From contig JBESAV010000001.1 in the NCBI GenBank assembly GCA_041242255.1, positions 544,001 to 608,000 of the forward strand: a DNA stretch of 64,000 nt, given 5' to 3'. Source of the DNA: Candidatus Altimarinota bacterium. Its GTDB lineage: Bacteria; Patescibacteriota; Gracilibacteria; UBA1369; GCA-2718715. Each line of letters opens with the position of its first letter. Position 1 is the stretch's first letter. Position numbers and translations under genes: made by a program. This document shows positions 30,830 to 40,499 of the stretch, piece after piece. The notes below the pieces were generated by a model. The model was not told the origin of the DNA. It saw only the letters and a list, made by a program, of their open reading frames with translations, and did not search any database.

Positions 30830-32059
30830 TTATAGTCTCTTATTCACTTTATTAAATATTTCTTGACTATATTTATTTGTAGATTTTAGTTTAGAGAGGT
30901 AGTAAACATATTTTGTAGTGTATTCTTGTATATGAAATTTATATGCATATTCTTTTACTAAGACATACAAGTCACTAGTTAATGAATTAATTTTATCACA
31001 ATCACTTAACGCTCTTATAGTATCTTGATGGTTAATGATTGTATCCATAATTTCTTTAGTAACTGTATATAGTGAATTATATTCATCATTAAAAAATTTT
31101 TCAGTACTGCTGACACTTGATTCTACTAGATTATTTAGATGTACATGCATTATTTTCCATATACCTTCACCTAGTGATATTAAGTATCCAGAAGTATTAT
31201 TATTTACACTCTTTAACATTTGTTTATAGATATCTAAAAATCTAATAAAATGTAATGTATCACTAAAGACAGCATATTGGCTATCATGTATTGAGGAATA
31301 TATTTCATGCTTTAGAAATCGTGGGCCTAGTAGAAATTCTTTTGCATAAATATCATCATTATCGAATAGTATAGAGTCTTCATTTAATATAGATCGATGT
31401 ACAATTGATATAACAAGATTATCAATTGGGTCAGTATATCTTAAATCAGGATTACATTCTAATCCCATATATATAGAAAATATGAATTCTTGTGAGTCAA
31501 CTACTACATAATCCATAAATTTTTCATTACTTGGTATTACCCAAGATAGAATTGAATACAAGTTATCTTCTGTAGAGTTAACAACAATTTGATCTATGTT
31601 GAAAATAAATAAATCTACTACATTTAAGAATCTATTTTTAGATTTATAACTAATTTCATCAAATATAAAACGCTTAAGTTTATCTTTATCTATAAAGTTA
31701 AAATCCAAATGCCTGGTAGTAGAAAAGTGAATGAAAATAATTAACCCAATGATTAAAAATAAGAAAATGATCATATCCAATACAACTATAAATAATGGAT
31801 TTATAACTAAGGCATACAAATTTTCATATCTTAAAATTATAAACGGAAAAAACAATGCTAGGTACTTAAAAATTAGAACAATTAGGGCCATGCCTGTCCA
31901 AAAAAATAAAGCTTGGTTTATTAGCTTCTTATATAGACTCATCCTAAATTTCCACTCATTAGTTCTAAGCTGATATGCTGCTAATACAATACCAATAACT
32001 GTCACAAAGCCTATTAGATCTATTCCTATATAAGAATTTAGTAACTCATTTCGAATCAT
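30830..32059 (-). CDS. hypothetical membrane protein (3 N-terminal TM helices + helical domain)
   Basis: 409 aa, extremely AT-rich; downstream of and co-oriented with the OLD gene. Confidence 0.65.
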   Translation of the reverse strand: MIRNELLNSYIGIDLIGFVTVIGIVLAAYQLRTNEWKFRMSLYKKLINQALFFWTGMALIVLIFKYLALFFPFIILRYENLYALVINPLFIVVLDMIIFLFLIIGLIIFIHFSTTRHLDFNFIDKDKLKRFIFDEISYKSKNRFLNVVDLFIFNIDQIVVNSTEDNLYSILSWVIPSNEKFMDYVVVDSQEFIFSIYMGLECNPDLRYTDPIDNLVISIVHRSILNEDSILFDNDDIYAKEFLLGPRFLKHEIYSSIHDSQYAVFSDTLHFIRFLDIYKQMLKSVNNNTSGYLISLGEGIWKIMHVHLNNLVESSVSSTEKFFNDEYNSLYTVTKEIMDTIINHQDTIRALSDCDKINSLTSDLYVLVKEYAYKFHIQEYTTKYVYYLSKLKSTNKYSQEIFNKVNKRL

Positions 32060-32153
32060 AATATAGTGCGATTGTTAAAATAGATCTAGCTAGGGCTTTA
32101 TAAATTTATAGTCTTTTTTGTACATGTCATAGTTTAAATTTTAATATCAAATA

Positions 32154-33815
32154 TTAAGTTAGCTTAATATGGTTAGCTTTAGCAATGATAGAGCAAATAT
32201 TATCCATTTTATCTGAAACATCATACAGATCTTTAAGGTTATCCTTTGTAAAATATTCTACAAAATTCTTAGCATATTTAATTTTATTTGCTTTTAATTT
32301 TTCCCCTTCTCCTTTCGATATTTTATCCAAAGTATTAGCTATTGGGGTAAATCGACGAGGCTGTTGGCTAATCAGCTTATCGTAAAAAGATTCGAGTGAT
32401 TCTTTAGGAATGTAGTTTTCTGTTTCCTTACCATGAGTAATCCACAGATAAAAATTGTTTTCTTTTTTATATGCTTCTTTAATACTATTAACTCTTTTTT
32501 TGAGAGGGTCATTAGTGTTTTTTTTATCGCTATCGCATATAACTATAGAATTTCGATTTGCTTTTAAAATCGAAAGTTTTTCGTCAGGTATTTCTTCATC
32601 AACTCCGTAATGTGCAAGTAATGATCGAGCTGTAAATAAAAATTGATAATGAATATTCTCTATTAATTTACCATCAGAGAAAATATCTAACATTTTTTTA
32701 TAGTAAATTCTATCGGATGGACCCTCAACCCATATAACTGCATTTGACTGTAATATATCACTAGCCTTTGCTCCAATATCATCTATCACTAAAGAGTGAC
32801 TACTATAGTTTAATACATTTGATAGGATTGTCTTTGAACCTTCTTTATATAAATGAATTAGATTTGTATTTTTATCTCCAGAAAAGAAGTTAATAGTCAC
32901 AGGTGAATGTGTTGTTAAAATGAAAGTACAACCTTGTTCACTTAGTTTTTTTATGTAATGCAGAATATTTCTCTCCAGGTTAGGATGAGTATTGTTTTCT
33001 AATTCCTCCAATAAAAAAATACAGTTCGTAATCTTCTTTTTTGTAATATCTGGACCTAAAATTGTCACTACCAATAAAAATAAAACAGTTTTTATTCCGC
33101 TACCTGTATTTGAAATGGGTATAAATTCGCCATTTTCTGTTTCCAGTCCTATTTCCCATAAATCAGTACCTTTTTGATTAAAAACCCTTATGTCAGTATA
33201 TTTAGAATCTGGCGAAACAATTTTATTTAATTCTTTTAAAAGAGTTTCTGTTACCAGTTTATACCTTGCACTCCCATATACTTCTTCCTGCAGGTACAAC
33301 CTTATAATATTTGTTATGCCAGTTCCGTTTGATTTGATTGTAAGTTTATTAAAATTTGGACCACTAACAGAACTAATAAAAATGTTATTTTTTTGTTCGC
33401 TTATGATGTTTCGGTCAGCATCAATTCTAAAACCTATTAAATTGTTTAGCTTATTATCTAATTTATTTAAGATTTTTTTTTGCTCATTATTCGTAAGTTC
33501 ATCAAATTTTATATTATTACCTCCATTATATAATTGAGATTTAACATAGTAGTTAACTGGTATAATATCATTCACAGAATTAAGTACTTTAACTGATTCA
33601 GAATCAATATCATCTTTTTGTATTGTTAAATAGAGTTTAGCCCCATTCGTCCTAATTTCTTTATCTAACAACTGTTCTATTGCATCTAGATAGGTGCTTT
33701 TACCTACATTATTTTTACCGATAATCAGATTTATAGGCAAAATACTTTGAATATTTTCTTCTTCAAAGTTTAACCCTTTGTATTTTTTAACTCCAATAGA
33801 AATTTGTAACGACAT
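32154..33815 (-). CDS. OLD-family ABC ATPase-TOPRIM nuclease (probable anti-phage)
   Basis: Walker A GKNNVGKS; GSG signature; LEELENNTHP; TTHSP; TOPRIM WVEGPSD and CDSD. Confidence 0.88.
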   Translation of the reverse strand: MSLQISIGVKKYKGLNFEEENIQSILPINLIIGKNNVGKSTYLDAIEQLLDKEIRTNGAKLYLTIQKDDIDSESVKVLNSVNDIIPVNYYVKSQLYNGGNNIKFDELTNNEQKKILNKLDNKLNNLIGFRIDADRNIISEQKNNIFISSVSGPNFNKLTIKSNGTGITNIIRLYLQEEVYGSARYKLVTETLLKELNKIVSPDSKYTDIRVFNQKGTDLWEIGLETENGEFIPISNTGSGIKTVLFLLVVTILGPDITKKKITNCIFLLEELENNTHPNLERNILHYIKKLSEQGCTFILTTHSPVTINFFSGDKNTNLIHLYKEGSKTILSNVLNYSSHSLVIDDIGAKASDILQSNAVIWVEGPSDRIYYKKMLDIFSDGKLIENIHYQFLFTARSLLAHYGVDEEIPDEKLSILKANRNSIVICDSDKKNTNDPLKKRVNSIKEAYKKENNFYLWITHGKETENYIPKESLESFYDKLISQQPRRFTPIANTLDKISKGEGEKLKANKIKYAKNFVEYFTKDNLKDLYDVSDKMDNICSIIAKANHIKLT

Positions 33816-33867
33816 AATTGAGTTTTATATTGATGACAGAATACCATTTTCCTGCTAGATTATAAAT

Positions 33868-34004
33868 GTCGCACAACTAGGAATTTTAAGCCACATAAGG
33901 TGCTCCCTTGTTTATATGAACAAAGGTGGGCATCTAGCCATATAGGCATACCTTTGTGGTTACCTAGTTGGGCGACCTAGGTGCCCTCTTTTGGAATTAC
34001 CTAG
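33868..34004 (+). ncRNA. candidate structured RNA / 5' leader
   Basis: Nested stems gtcgc-a-caactagg/cctagttg-g-gcgac and agccaca-t-aaggt/acctt-tgtggtt enclose two hairpins. G-U pairs favour the + strand. An ATGACA-17-TGcTAGATT promoter-like sequence lies just upstream. Confidence 0.55.
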
Positions 34005-34029
34005 CAGATCATTAATCTAATTTATAATT

Positions 34030-35334
34030 ATGTCACAACCTGTATTTACAAGTAAGTATTTTGATATCTACAAAGATAGGATAGAGATCAAAATGTTCTT
34101 AAATAAAGACACTATTTTTATTTCCTCTATACACAGTATGAGAAAAAGACTCGGTGGGATTAAAGTTCATACCAGTGGAAAAGATTATATTCTCCCTCAT
34201 AAAAATCCTGCAAAAGTAATTGAAGTAATATCAAAGCTAAAAAATGGCGAGGAAGTTATAATCGAAGAGAAAAAGAAAGTAAAAACTAAGAAGGTTCAAG
34301 AAGCTACAAATCAAGAAAGTAACCCAACAAAAGAAGATAATACAGTCTGGTACAAGACATGGTGGTACATGTGTATTCTTTTTTTCTTTACGATAGTATT
34401 ATGGTTTATTACCATACCAGTTTATACGTATTTGGCTTACTCAAATAAAGATAAAGAAGACGGTCCACACTACAAGAAAGTTTTAACTGCATTGGTAGTA
34501 TTTTCTATTTTAATAGTTCTACCTGTTAGTTGTAGTCAATCATTACAAGAAGATGAAGCTATGTCTTCGATTGAAGTTATGATACAAGAAGGACGACTAG
34601 ATGATGCGGCTGATAGTATGATTAGTACTCAGTATAAATACTCAGATAGATACAAGGCATTAGCTAAAGAACTTAATTACGCTGCACCATCATATGCAAA
34701 GGTTTTATTGCTATCTCTTACTGATGACCAGATTAAAGATTTAGAGTCTGGTACATTAGCTATAAATAAATCAAGTTACAGCACTATAAATGATAGATTG
34801 AAAGAGAACCTTAATACACTTTTACCTGATTTAGAGGAGATACAGAAAGAACATGATCAACTTGCCTTACTTAATAAATTAGGTGAAATAGAGTACAGTG
34901 TTATCCAAAAAGATGAATACAAAAATCATGATGTATATGTACTAGAAGTTCCTAATGTTATAAACCAAACAGTCCTGGAGTCCTTTGCTAGAAGCTTCGA
35001 GGAAAACCTTTGTGAAAGAGATTGTTTCATCAATCTATATAGTATTGAAGATGCATATTGGACCAGAGAAAAGAAAAGCGATTTAGGAAGTGCTTTTATG
35101 GATGAGTCAGCTGATTTGGTTATATCAGGGCAAATATCACAAGAAGAAGTTTTAATAAGAAATAGAAGGTATCTTCTGGAGTTAGATGAAGAATACTTAG
35201 AATATATAGCAACAAACCACATAGGAAGGTTGGAGCTAGATTTTAGTGGAGGGCCATCTATTTACTATCCATATCCAATAATATCTGATCTTGACTTACT
35301 CGATGAAAGAAGACAGGAATTAGAGAACTTATAA
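34030..35334 (+). CDS. membrane protein with N-terminal PH-like domain and extracytoplasmic region
   Basis: Short beta-rich N-terminus; WYKTWWY followed by two TM segments; cargo of element A. Confidence 0.65.
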   Translation: MSQPVFTSKYFDIYKDRIEIKMFLNKDTIFISSIHSMRKRLGGIKVHTSGKDYILPHKNPAKVIEVISKLKNGEEVIIEEKKKVKTKKVQEATNQESNPTKEDNTVWYKTWWYMCILFFFTIVLWFITIPVYTYLAYSNKDKEDGPHYKKVLTALVVFSILIVLPVSCSQSLQEDEAMSSIEVMIQEGRLDDAADSMISTQYKYSDRYKALAKELNYAAPSYAKVLLLSLTDDQIKDLESGTLAINKSSYSTINDRLKENLNTLLPDLEEIQKEHDQLALLNKLGEIEYSVIQKDEYKNHDVYVLEVPNVINQTVLESFARSFEENLCERDCFINLYSIEDAYWTREKKSDLGSAFMDESADLVISGQISQEEVLIRNRRYLLELDEEYLEYIATNHIGRLELDFSGGPSIYYPYPIISDLDLLDERRQELENL

Positions 35335-35377
35335 GAAGTTAAACACATAATCTTAAATTGAATATAGCTTACAAAAT

Positions 35378-35410
35378 AAAGCACTCTGGCTTCATGCAGT
35401 GTGCTTTTTA
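35378..35410 (+). terminator. probable terminator
   Basis: aaagcac...gtgctttt inverted repeat after ORF 34030. Confidence 0.55.
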
Positions 35411-35563
35411 TCATCCACTTCTTATAACTTTACTTATACATAAGTATATATAAACACATATGTGCTCAATGCCATACAGTTGTACTTAAAATGCAATAAA
35501 TAGAGCCAAAATGGCCACTTATATATGCTACAATGCACCCATATTATTTAACTTTTACATTCC

Positions 35564-35728
35564 ATGTCAGATACCAATGACAACAATGTTTACAATGCTA
35601 TCGAAGTGATCCGCAATGCAGGAACAAATCCTGACGGTCCCGATGGTGTTGTTGATAGTAGTGGAGATTATGTGAAGTTCGACCAAAACAGACGTCGGAC
35701 CTCTATCTCCAGAGATCAACAATGGTAA
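35564..35728 (+). CDS. small unannotated ORF (54 aa) upstream of recombinase
   Basis: MSDTNDNNVYNAIEVIRNAGTNPDGPDG...QQW*; preceded by a TGcTACAAT extended -10 at 35526-35534. Confidence 0.45.
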   Translation: MSDTNDNNVYNAIEVIRNAGTNPDGPDGVVDSSGDYVKFDQNRRRTSISRDQQW

Positions 35729-35764
35729 GCATAAAATGTAGAATTTAATTAGGTACAATCATCA

Positions 35765-37309
35765 ATGAAATGGGTAATTTATGTTAGAAAGTCTAGTGAG
35801 GACGCAAACAAACAGGTAAGGTCCCTCAAAGACCAAATCAAGGTATGCCAAGAACTAGCAAAAAGGGAAGGCTACAATGTTGTAGAGGTATTCCAAGAGA
35901 TAAAGTCTGCTAAAAAATCGGGTAATAGACCAGAGTTCAACAGAATGTTAGATGGTTTAAGGCAGAACAAATATCAAGGAATACTATCATGGGCACCCGA
36001 TAGACTTTCTAGAAACATGAAGGAAGCAGGGGAGATCATCGATATGCTCGACAATGAAGTTATCCTCGATCTAGACTTTGCAGCACACGCATTCGTTAAT
36101 GATTATAATGGGCTAATGACGTTAGGTATTTCCTTTGTGATATCAAAGCAATATTCTGATAGGTTAGCCCATAACATCTCCAGAGGTAACAAACAAAAAC
36201 TAAAAGAAGGTAAGCATTTAGGTCGATATGTACACGGGTATATAGCTGATGATGTTACACAGCATTACCAGATAGATGAACGTATTGCAGAGAATGGAAA
36301 GACATTTTATGAGCTGATAAAAGAAGGATTCCAAATGCGACTAAAAGGTAACTCCTTAGCAACCATCACCAAATACATCAATGATAATGGGTACTATAGA
36401 GAGACTAAGCAAAGCAAAACTATCCAAAAAATGACACAGGGAAAACTAAGCAATATGTTTAAGGACCCAATATACTATGGAGAGATTCATACATATGAAG
36501 AACCGATAGACCTTGTAGAGATACATTGCTTTTTACCAATGATCACAAAAGAGGAATACGAGATGCTACAAGACTATAAACCAACCGGTATCAGTTCACA
36601 TACACATAATTGGCCATTCATAGAGCTAGTTAAATGTGGAGACTGTGATTGCAATATGCGTGCAGGTAAATCTACATCAGGGACAGGGCAGAAGTATTTG
36701 TATTACTGGTGTGAAAATAAAGAGTGTGGAGATAAAAGAAAGAAACAAGGCAAGACAAAGTTCCCTACTATCAGAGCAAAGGTTGTTATAGAAGCCTTAC
36801 AAAATGCTCTAGCAGATCTAAATCTAGATAAAGCTATATACAAGAACTATGGAACACAATACGCAGAGGAGGTCCATAAGTACAAAACAAATATTGCCAC
36901 ACAAAAGAGAGCAGCTAGAAGAGCCCTTAATAACTTCGAGAAGAAAAAAGAAGAGCTAGAGTTCAAAAAGATACGTGATGGGCATTCATGGTCCAAATCA
37001 GAGCAAGCTAGATACAATAAAGAGATAAAGTTCTACAACAAAAAGATCAACACCTTAACTAGGAATATTGATGATCTAGAAAAATCTATGCCAAAAGAAG
37101 TAGACCTAAAAAGTTTCTTGAACTCGTTGAATATGGCTTCTACAAGGTTTCCTCGATATGATTTAGAGACGATGGACTCATTAGCCAAAAATGTGTTCTT
37201 GAACTTAGTTGTTAAGGACGGAAAAGTAGCATCAATAAGCTATAAAGAGCCCTTTGCAAGTATGCCAAAAACGGCTAAATCCAGACTTGGTGCACCAGAG
37301 AGGACTTGA
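35765..37309 (+). CDS. large serine recombinase (resolvase + recombinase + Zn-ribbon + coiled coil)
   Basis: YVRKSS catalytic Ser, RPEFNRM, DRLSRN, CGDC...YYWC; last codons overlap tRNA-Leu. Confidence 0.95.
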   Translation: MKWVIYVRKSSEDANKQVRSLKDQIKVCQELAKREGYNVVEVFQEIKSAKKSGNRPEFNRMLDGLRQNKYQGILSWAPDRLSRNMKEAGEIIDMLDNEVILDLDFAAHAFVNDYNGLMTLGISFVISKQYSDRLAHNISRGNKQKLKEGKHLGRYVHGYIADDVTQHYQIDERIAENGKTFYELIKEGFQMRLKGNSLATITKYINDNGYYRETKQSKTIQKMTQGKLSNMFKDPIYYGEIHTYEEPIDLVEIHCFLPMITKEEYEMLQDYKPTGISSHTHNWPFIELVKCGDCDCNMRAGKSTSGTGQKYLYYWCENKECGDKRKKQGKTKFPTIRAKVVIEALQNALADLNLDKAIYKNYGTQYAEEVHKYKTNIATQKRAARRALNNFEKKKEELEFKKIRDGHSWSKSEQARYNKEIKFYNKKINTLTRNIDDLEKSMPKEVDLKSFLNSLNMASTRFPRYDLETMDSLAKNVFLNLVVKDGKVASISYKEPFASMPKTAKSRLGAPERT

Positions 37310-37374
37310 ACCTCCACCCAGCTAAGCCGGACTAGCCCCTCAAGCTAGCGCGTCTACCATTCCGCCACTGGTGC
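37288..37374 (-). tRNA. tRNA-Leu(GAG)
   Basis: GCACCAGTGGCGGAATGGTAGACGCGCTAGCTTGAGGGGCTAG...GGTTCAAGTCC...GGTGCACCA; long variable arm; encoded CCA. Confidence 0.97.
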
Positions 37375-37533
37375 ATTTCGCAAACATGCTAATCTATCAA
37401 TTGCCCTTTGGCAACCCGTTATCCAAACCAATCTTTCAAACACAACATCAAATCAACATTATCAACCTAATCCCAACAGCAAAAAGCCCCTCACCGCAAA
37501 CAAACCCCTAAAAATATCAAACCCAACTAAGAC

Positions 37534-37971
37534 CTAATTTTCTTCAAAACCTTCCACAACACCAACTACTTCTCCGATCCGCATACAAATTGAATCTTCT
37601 AGCTGACAAAGCTCTTTATACTTCTTCCTAGCCTTTATTAAGTTATTAATAGACTTTTGCATATTCCCATCAAATGATTCAAACTTTAAAATTAAGTTAT
37701 CAAACTTATCTGTTTCTACGACTCGCATAATCTCTTCTTTAAACGAACAAAGAAGCGCCCTCAACCTACTTAAATCCTTCCCAACTAAAAAAGGTATCAA
37801 GTCTATCTCTTCCTCCTTGAAAACACCCTCAATTTTCATCAAATCTTCAATACAAGCTTCAAACAAAGTCCGATATATTAAAAAATCACTTCGAAACTCA
37901 ACCAAATCAACCATTTCAACTTTTGGCTCACCTGTAATGTAACCAGTATTAGTCAAAATATATTTAGTCAT
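37534..37971 (-). CDS. hypothetical protein
   Basis: 145-aa ORF. Confidence 0.55.
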   Translation of the reverse strand: MTKYILTNTGYITGEPKVEMVDLVEFRSDFLIYRTLFEACIEDLMKIEGVFKEEEIDLIPFLVGKDLSRLRALLCSFKEEIMRVVETDKFDNLILKFESFDGNMQKSINNLIKARKKYKELCQLEDSICMRIGEVVGVVEGFEEN

Positions 37972-38104
37972 TTCATGAATTATAAACTAAAGAAATTATA
38001 TCACTAATGCCACTTTAGTAAACCAGAGCCCAAAAAAATCCTCCTAGATCAAATCCCCAAAAGATTGGCAAACAAACCCAATCCCTTTAATATATAAAAA
38101 AAAC

Positions 38105-39064
38105 ATGCCTCACCAAAACAATATCAACCAACAAACCCAAAACCTACCCCAAGACTTTCTCCAAAAAGTCCAATCTATTTTTCCAGACCCAAAAACCCAA
38201 GACCAGATCCTAAATAGCCTAACCAGCAAGCCAACCACATTCCGATTAAACCCACTTCAGAATAACCCAAAAGAAACTATAGCTTCACTCAGGTCCCAAG
38301 GATTTCAACCTAAAGAATCATCTTTTCACCCACATTCTTTTCACCTCACATTCAAGACCCAGAAGGATTTACAACATACTCAAGAGTACAAAAAAGGACA
38401 CATATACCTTCAAAGCTACGCCAGCCAGATCCCAGTAATAGCCCTTGATCCACAACCACAAGAAAAAATCCTAGACATGACAGCAGCCCCAGGTAGTAAA
38501 ACCTCTCAGATATCTGCCTACACAGACAATAAATCAGAGCTTCACGCCAACGATGTGAACACCATCCGCCTCGAAAAACTCAAACACAATCTCAAAAAAC
38601 TAAATGCCCAAGCCACAGTCCACAACCTCCCGGGCACAGACCTACATACTAAATTCCCAGATAACTATTTCCATAAAATCCTCCTAGATGCGCCATGTAG
38701 TGGAGAAGCTCGTTTTGATATTAATAATCCCAAATCCTATCACTACTGGTCAAATCACCGAGCAGAAGAATTCCACCAAAGACAACTCAAGCTCTTAAAG
38801 TCAGCCTGGCAACTGCTGGCTCCAGGGGGAATTCTAGTTTATTCCACCTGCACTTTTGAACCTTTAGAGAACGAAAAAGTCATCCAAAAACTATCCCAAG
38901 GAAATCCAGAATCCCTCAAAATTATCCCTATCAAAATCCCAGGCCTAAAAACACTTCCAACCCTCCAAGAATTCTCCAAATCCGAACTTTCCAAAACAAT
39001 CCGCATCTACCCAGACAACCACTTCGAGTCCTTCTACGTAGCCAAACTCCAAAAACAAAAATAA
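38105..39064 (+). CDS. RsmB/RsmF (NOL1/NOP2/Sun) RNA m5C methyltransferase
   Basis: LDMTAAPGSKT, ILLDAPCSGE, LVYSTCT. Confidence 0.93.
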   Translation: MPHQNNINQQTQNLPQDFLQKVQSIFPDPKTQDQILNSLTSKPTTFRLNPLQNNPKETIASLRSQGFQPKESSFHPHSFHLTFKTQKDLQHTQEYKKGHIYLQSYASQIPVIALDPQPQEKILDMTAAPGSKTSQISAYTDNKSELHANDVNTIRLEKLKHNLKKLNAQATVHNLPGTDLHTKFPDNYFHKILLDAPCSGEARFDINNPKSYHYWSNHRAEEFHQRQLKLLKSAWQLLAPGGILVYSTCTFEPLENEKVIQKLSQGNPESLKIIPIKIPGLKTLPTLQEFSKSELSKTIRIYPDNHFESFYVAKLQKQK

Positions 39065-39073
39065 ACCAATCAA

Positions 39074-39625
39074 ATGTACGAAATTATCCTCACAGCCATC
39101 TTCCTATTAGCCTACACTTTCTCTCCACAAGAACCGATCTTCCAGCTCTCAATTTTGACAGTATACCTCTGCCTCGTTGTCCCTGGACTAGTAACCTACA
39201 TCAAAGGCCCACCCTTCGTCCCATCCTCTGATAAAACCATTCAAAACGCCATCAAACTAGCTCAACTAAAACCAACCAACACCGTAATTGACCTTGGTTG
39301 TGGAAATGGAAAATTCCTCATAGCAGCAGCACCTCATTGTAAAAAAGCCATAGGCTACGAACTTTCCTTCCCAACCTACCTAATGGCTAAACTAAAAACC
39401 CGTAAACACAAAAATATTCAAATCAGATACAAAAATTTTTGGAAAGAGGACCACTCCCAAGCAGATGTAGTTTTCTGCTTTTTGCTACTAAGACTAATGC
39501 CAAAAGTTAAACAAGAAATCTGGCCCCAACTCAAACCAGGCACTCGCCTCATCTCCAACACTTTCTCAATCAAATCCCTACAACCAACCCAAAAAATCGA
39601 TTCAACTCTCCTCTACATAAAGTAG
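39074..39625 (+). CDS. membrane-anchored class I SAM-dependent methyltransferase
   Basis: PFVPS, DLGCGNG, LKPGTRLISN; N-terminal TM helices. Confidence 0.85.
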   Translation: MYEIILTAIFLLAYTFSPQEPIFQLSILTVYLCLVVPGLVTYIKGPPFVPSSDKTIQNAIKLAQLKPTNTVIDLGCGNGKFLIAAAPHCKKAIGYELSFPTYLMAKLKTRKHKNIQIRYKNFWKEDHSQADVVFCFLLLRLMPKVKQEIWPQLKPGTRLISNTFSIKSLQPTQKIDSTLLYIK

Positions 39626-39677
39626 CTAGGTTGACAAACCCTATTAAGGTGATAAGATAACATCTTTAATAGGAAAA

Positions 39678-40349
39678 ATGAAAAAAAGTCCTTACGTGGC
39701 ACCAGAGATTAATCTAGATAATATCGATTTAAGTCTTTCAGATAAGAATCGTTATCTATATGTTCTTCAAGTTATATATCTCGATCCAACCAAAAAACAT
39801 AACTGCACTCAGGATGAAATTATAACTGTAGGAATTCTAAAGTCACTTGCGATGCAAAGACCAGAGAAATTTACTCAAAAATTCCCAGAGTTCTTAAAGT
39901 TAGTACAAGCTTATTCAGCCAAAAAATCAATCAAAGACTATCAAGCCGATACCAATGATCAAGTTACTAATGTCTTAAAAATATCTGATGATAGAAGATT
40001 AGGTATCTTTGCGACCACTATACTTTTCCCAAATAGTACTAAAGGTCTCTTTCAAGAACTAGAATCATGGATTGATAGCACTAATCTTAATCATGAATCT
40101 GTAACTTTTGATTTGCCACCTGAATTAGTTTTTATAGACAACATATCCTGGAAAAGGCATCTCAAAAGCACAAGGATATTGTTTTCAAATTTAACTTCAG
40201 AAAGACAGTTAAGTTTAATACTCATCAGAATCAAATTATTACTCAACGAACAAATCATAAGTCTAGATCCTAACAACGCAGAAAATTACCCTCAACTATA
40301 TGAACTTCTCAATAAACTAGAGATGAAAAAAGTTGCCATATCAAAATAA
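39678..40349 (+). CDS. hypothetical protein
   Basis: 223 aa; promoter TTGACA-16-TAAGAT at 39631-39658. Confidence 0.65.
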   Translation: MKKSPYVAPEINLDNIDLSLSDKNRYLYVLQVIYLDPTKKHNCTQDEIITVGILKSLAMQRPEKFTQKFPEFLKLVQAYSAKKSIKDYQADTNDQVTNVLKISDDRRLGIFATTILFPNSTKGLFQELESWIDSTNLNHESVTFDLPPELVFIDNISWKRHLKSTRILFSNLTSERQLSLILIRIKLLLNEQIISLDPNNAENYPQLYELLNKLEMKKVAISK

Positions 40350-40499
40350 ATACCATATTTTAGTTACACAAAATAAAAAATAGTATGACTAATTTAATCA
40401 ACTCATTTAGATTCTTTTTTTCCAAGAACTAAGTCTGAGTGTTTAAAGTATCATTCTATACCCAACCACTCAGCAGAGTGGTTTATTTAAATTCAAATT

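Larger units (their letters stand above)
30621..37293. mobile_element. integrative element A (about 6.7 kb) at tRNA-Leu 3' end with large serine recombinase
   Basis: Direct repeat TGGTGC at 30621 and 37288; recombinase overlaps the tRNA; AT-rich cargo including an OLD-like nuclease. Confidence 0.75.

Noticed and set aside
33868-33976. Hammerhead ribozyme or tRNA identity for the structured element
   Set aside because: Lacks the CUGAnGA/GAAA core and the T-loop/CCA features.
32154-34007. Gabija or retron system
   Set aside because: No UvrD helicase or reverse transcriptase lies next to the OLD gene.
35567-35758. 63-aa minus-strand ORF
   Set aside because: Antisense to a + strand ORF with better promoter context and the same orientation as the recombinase.
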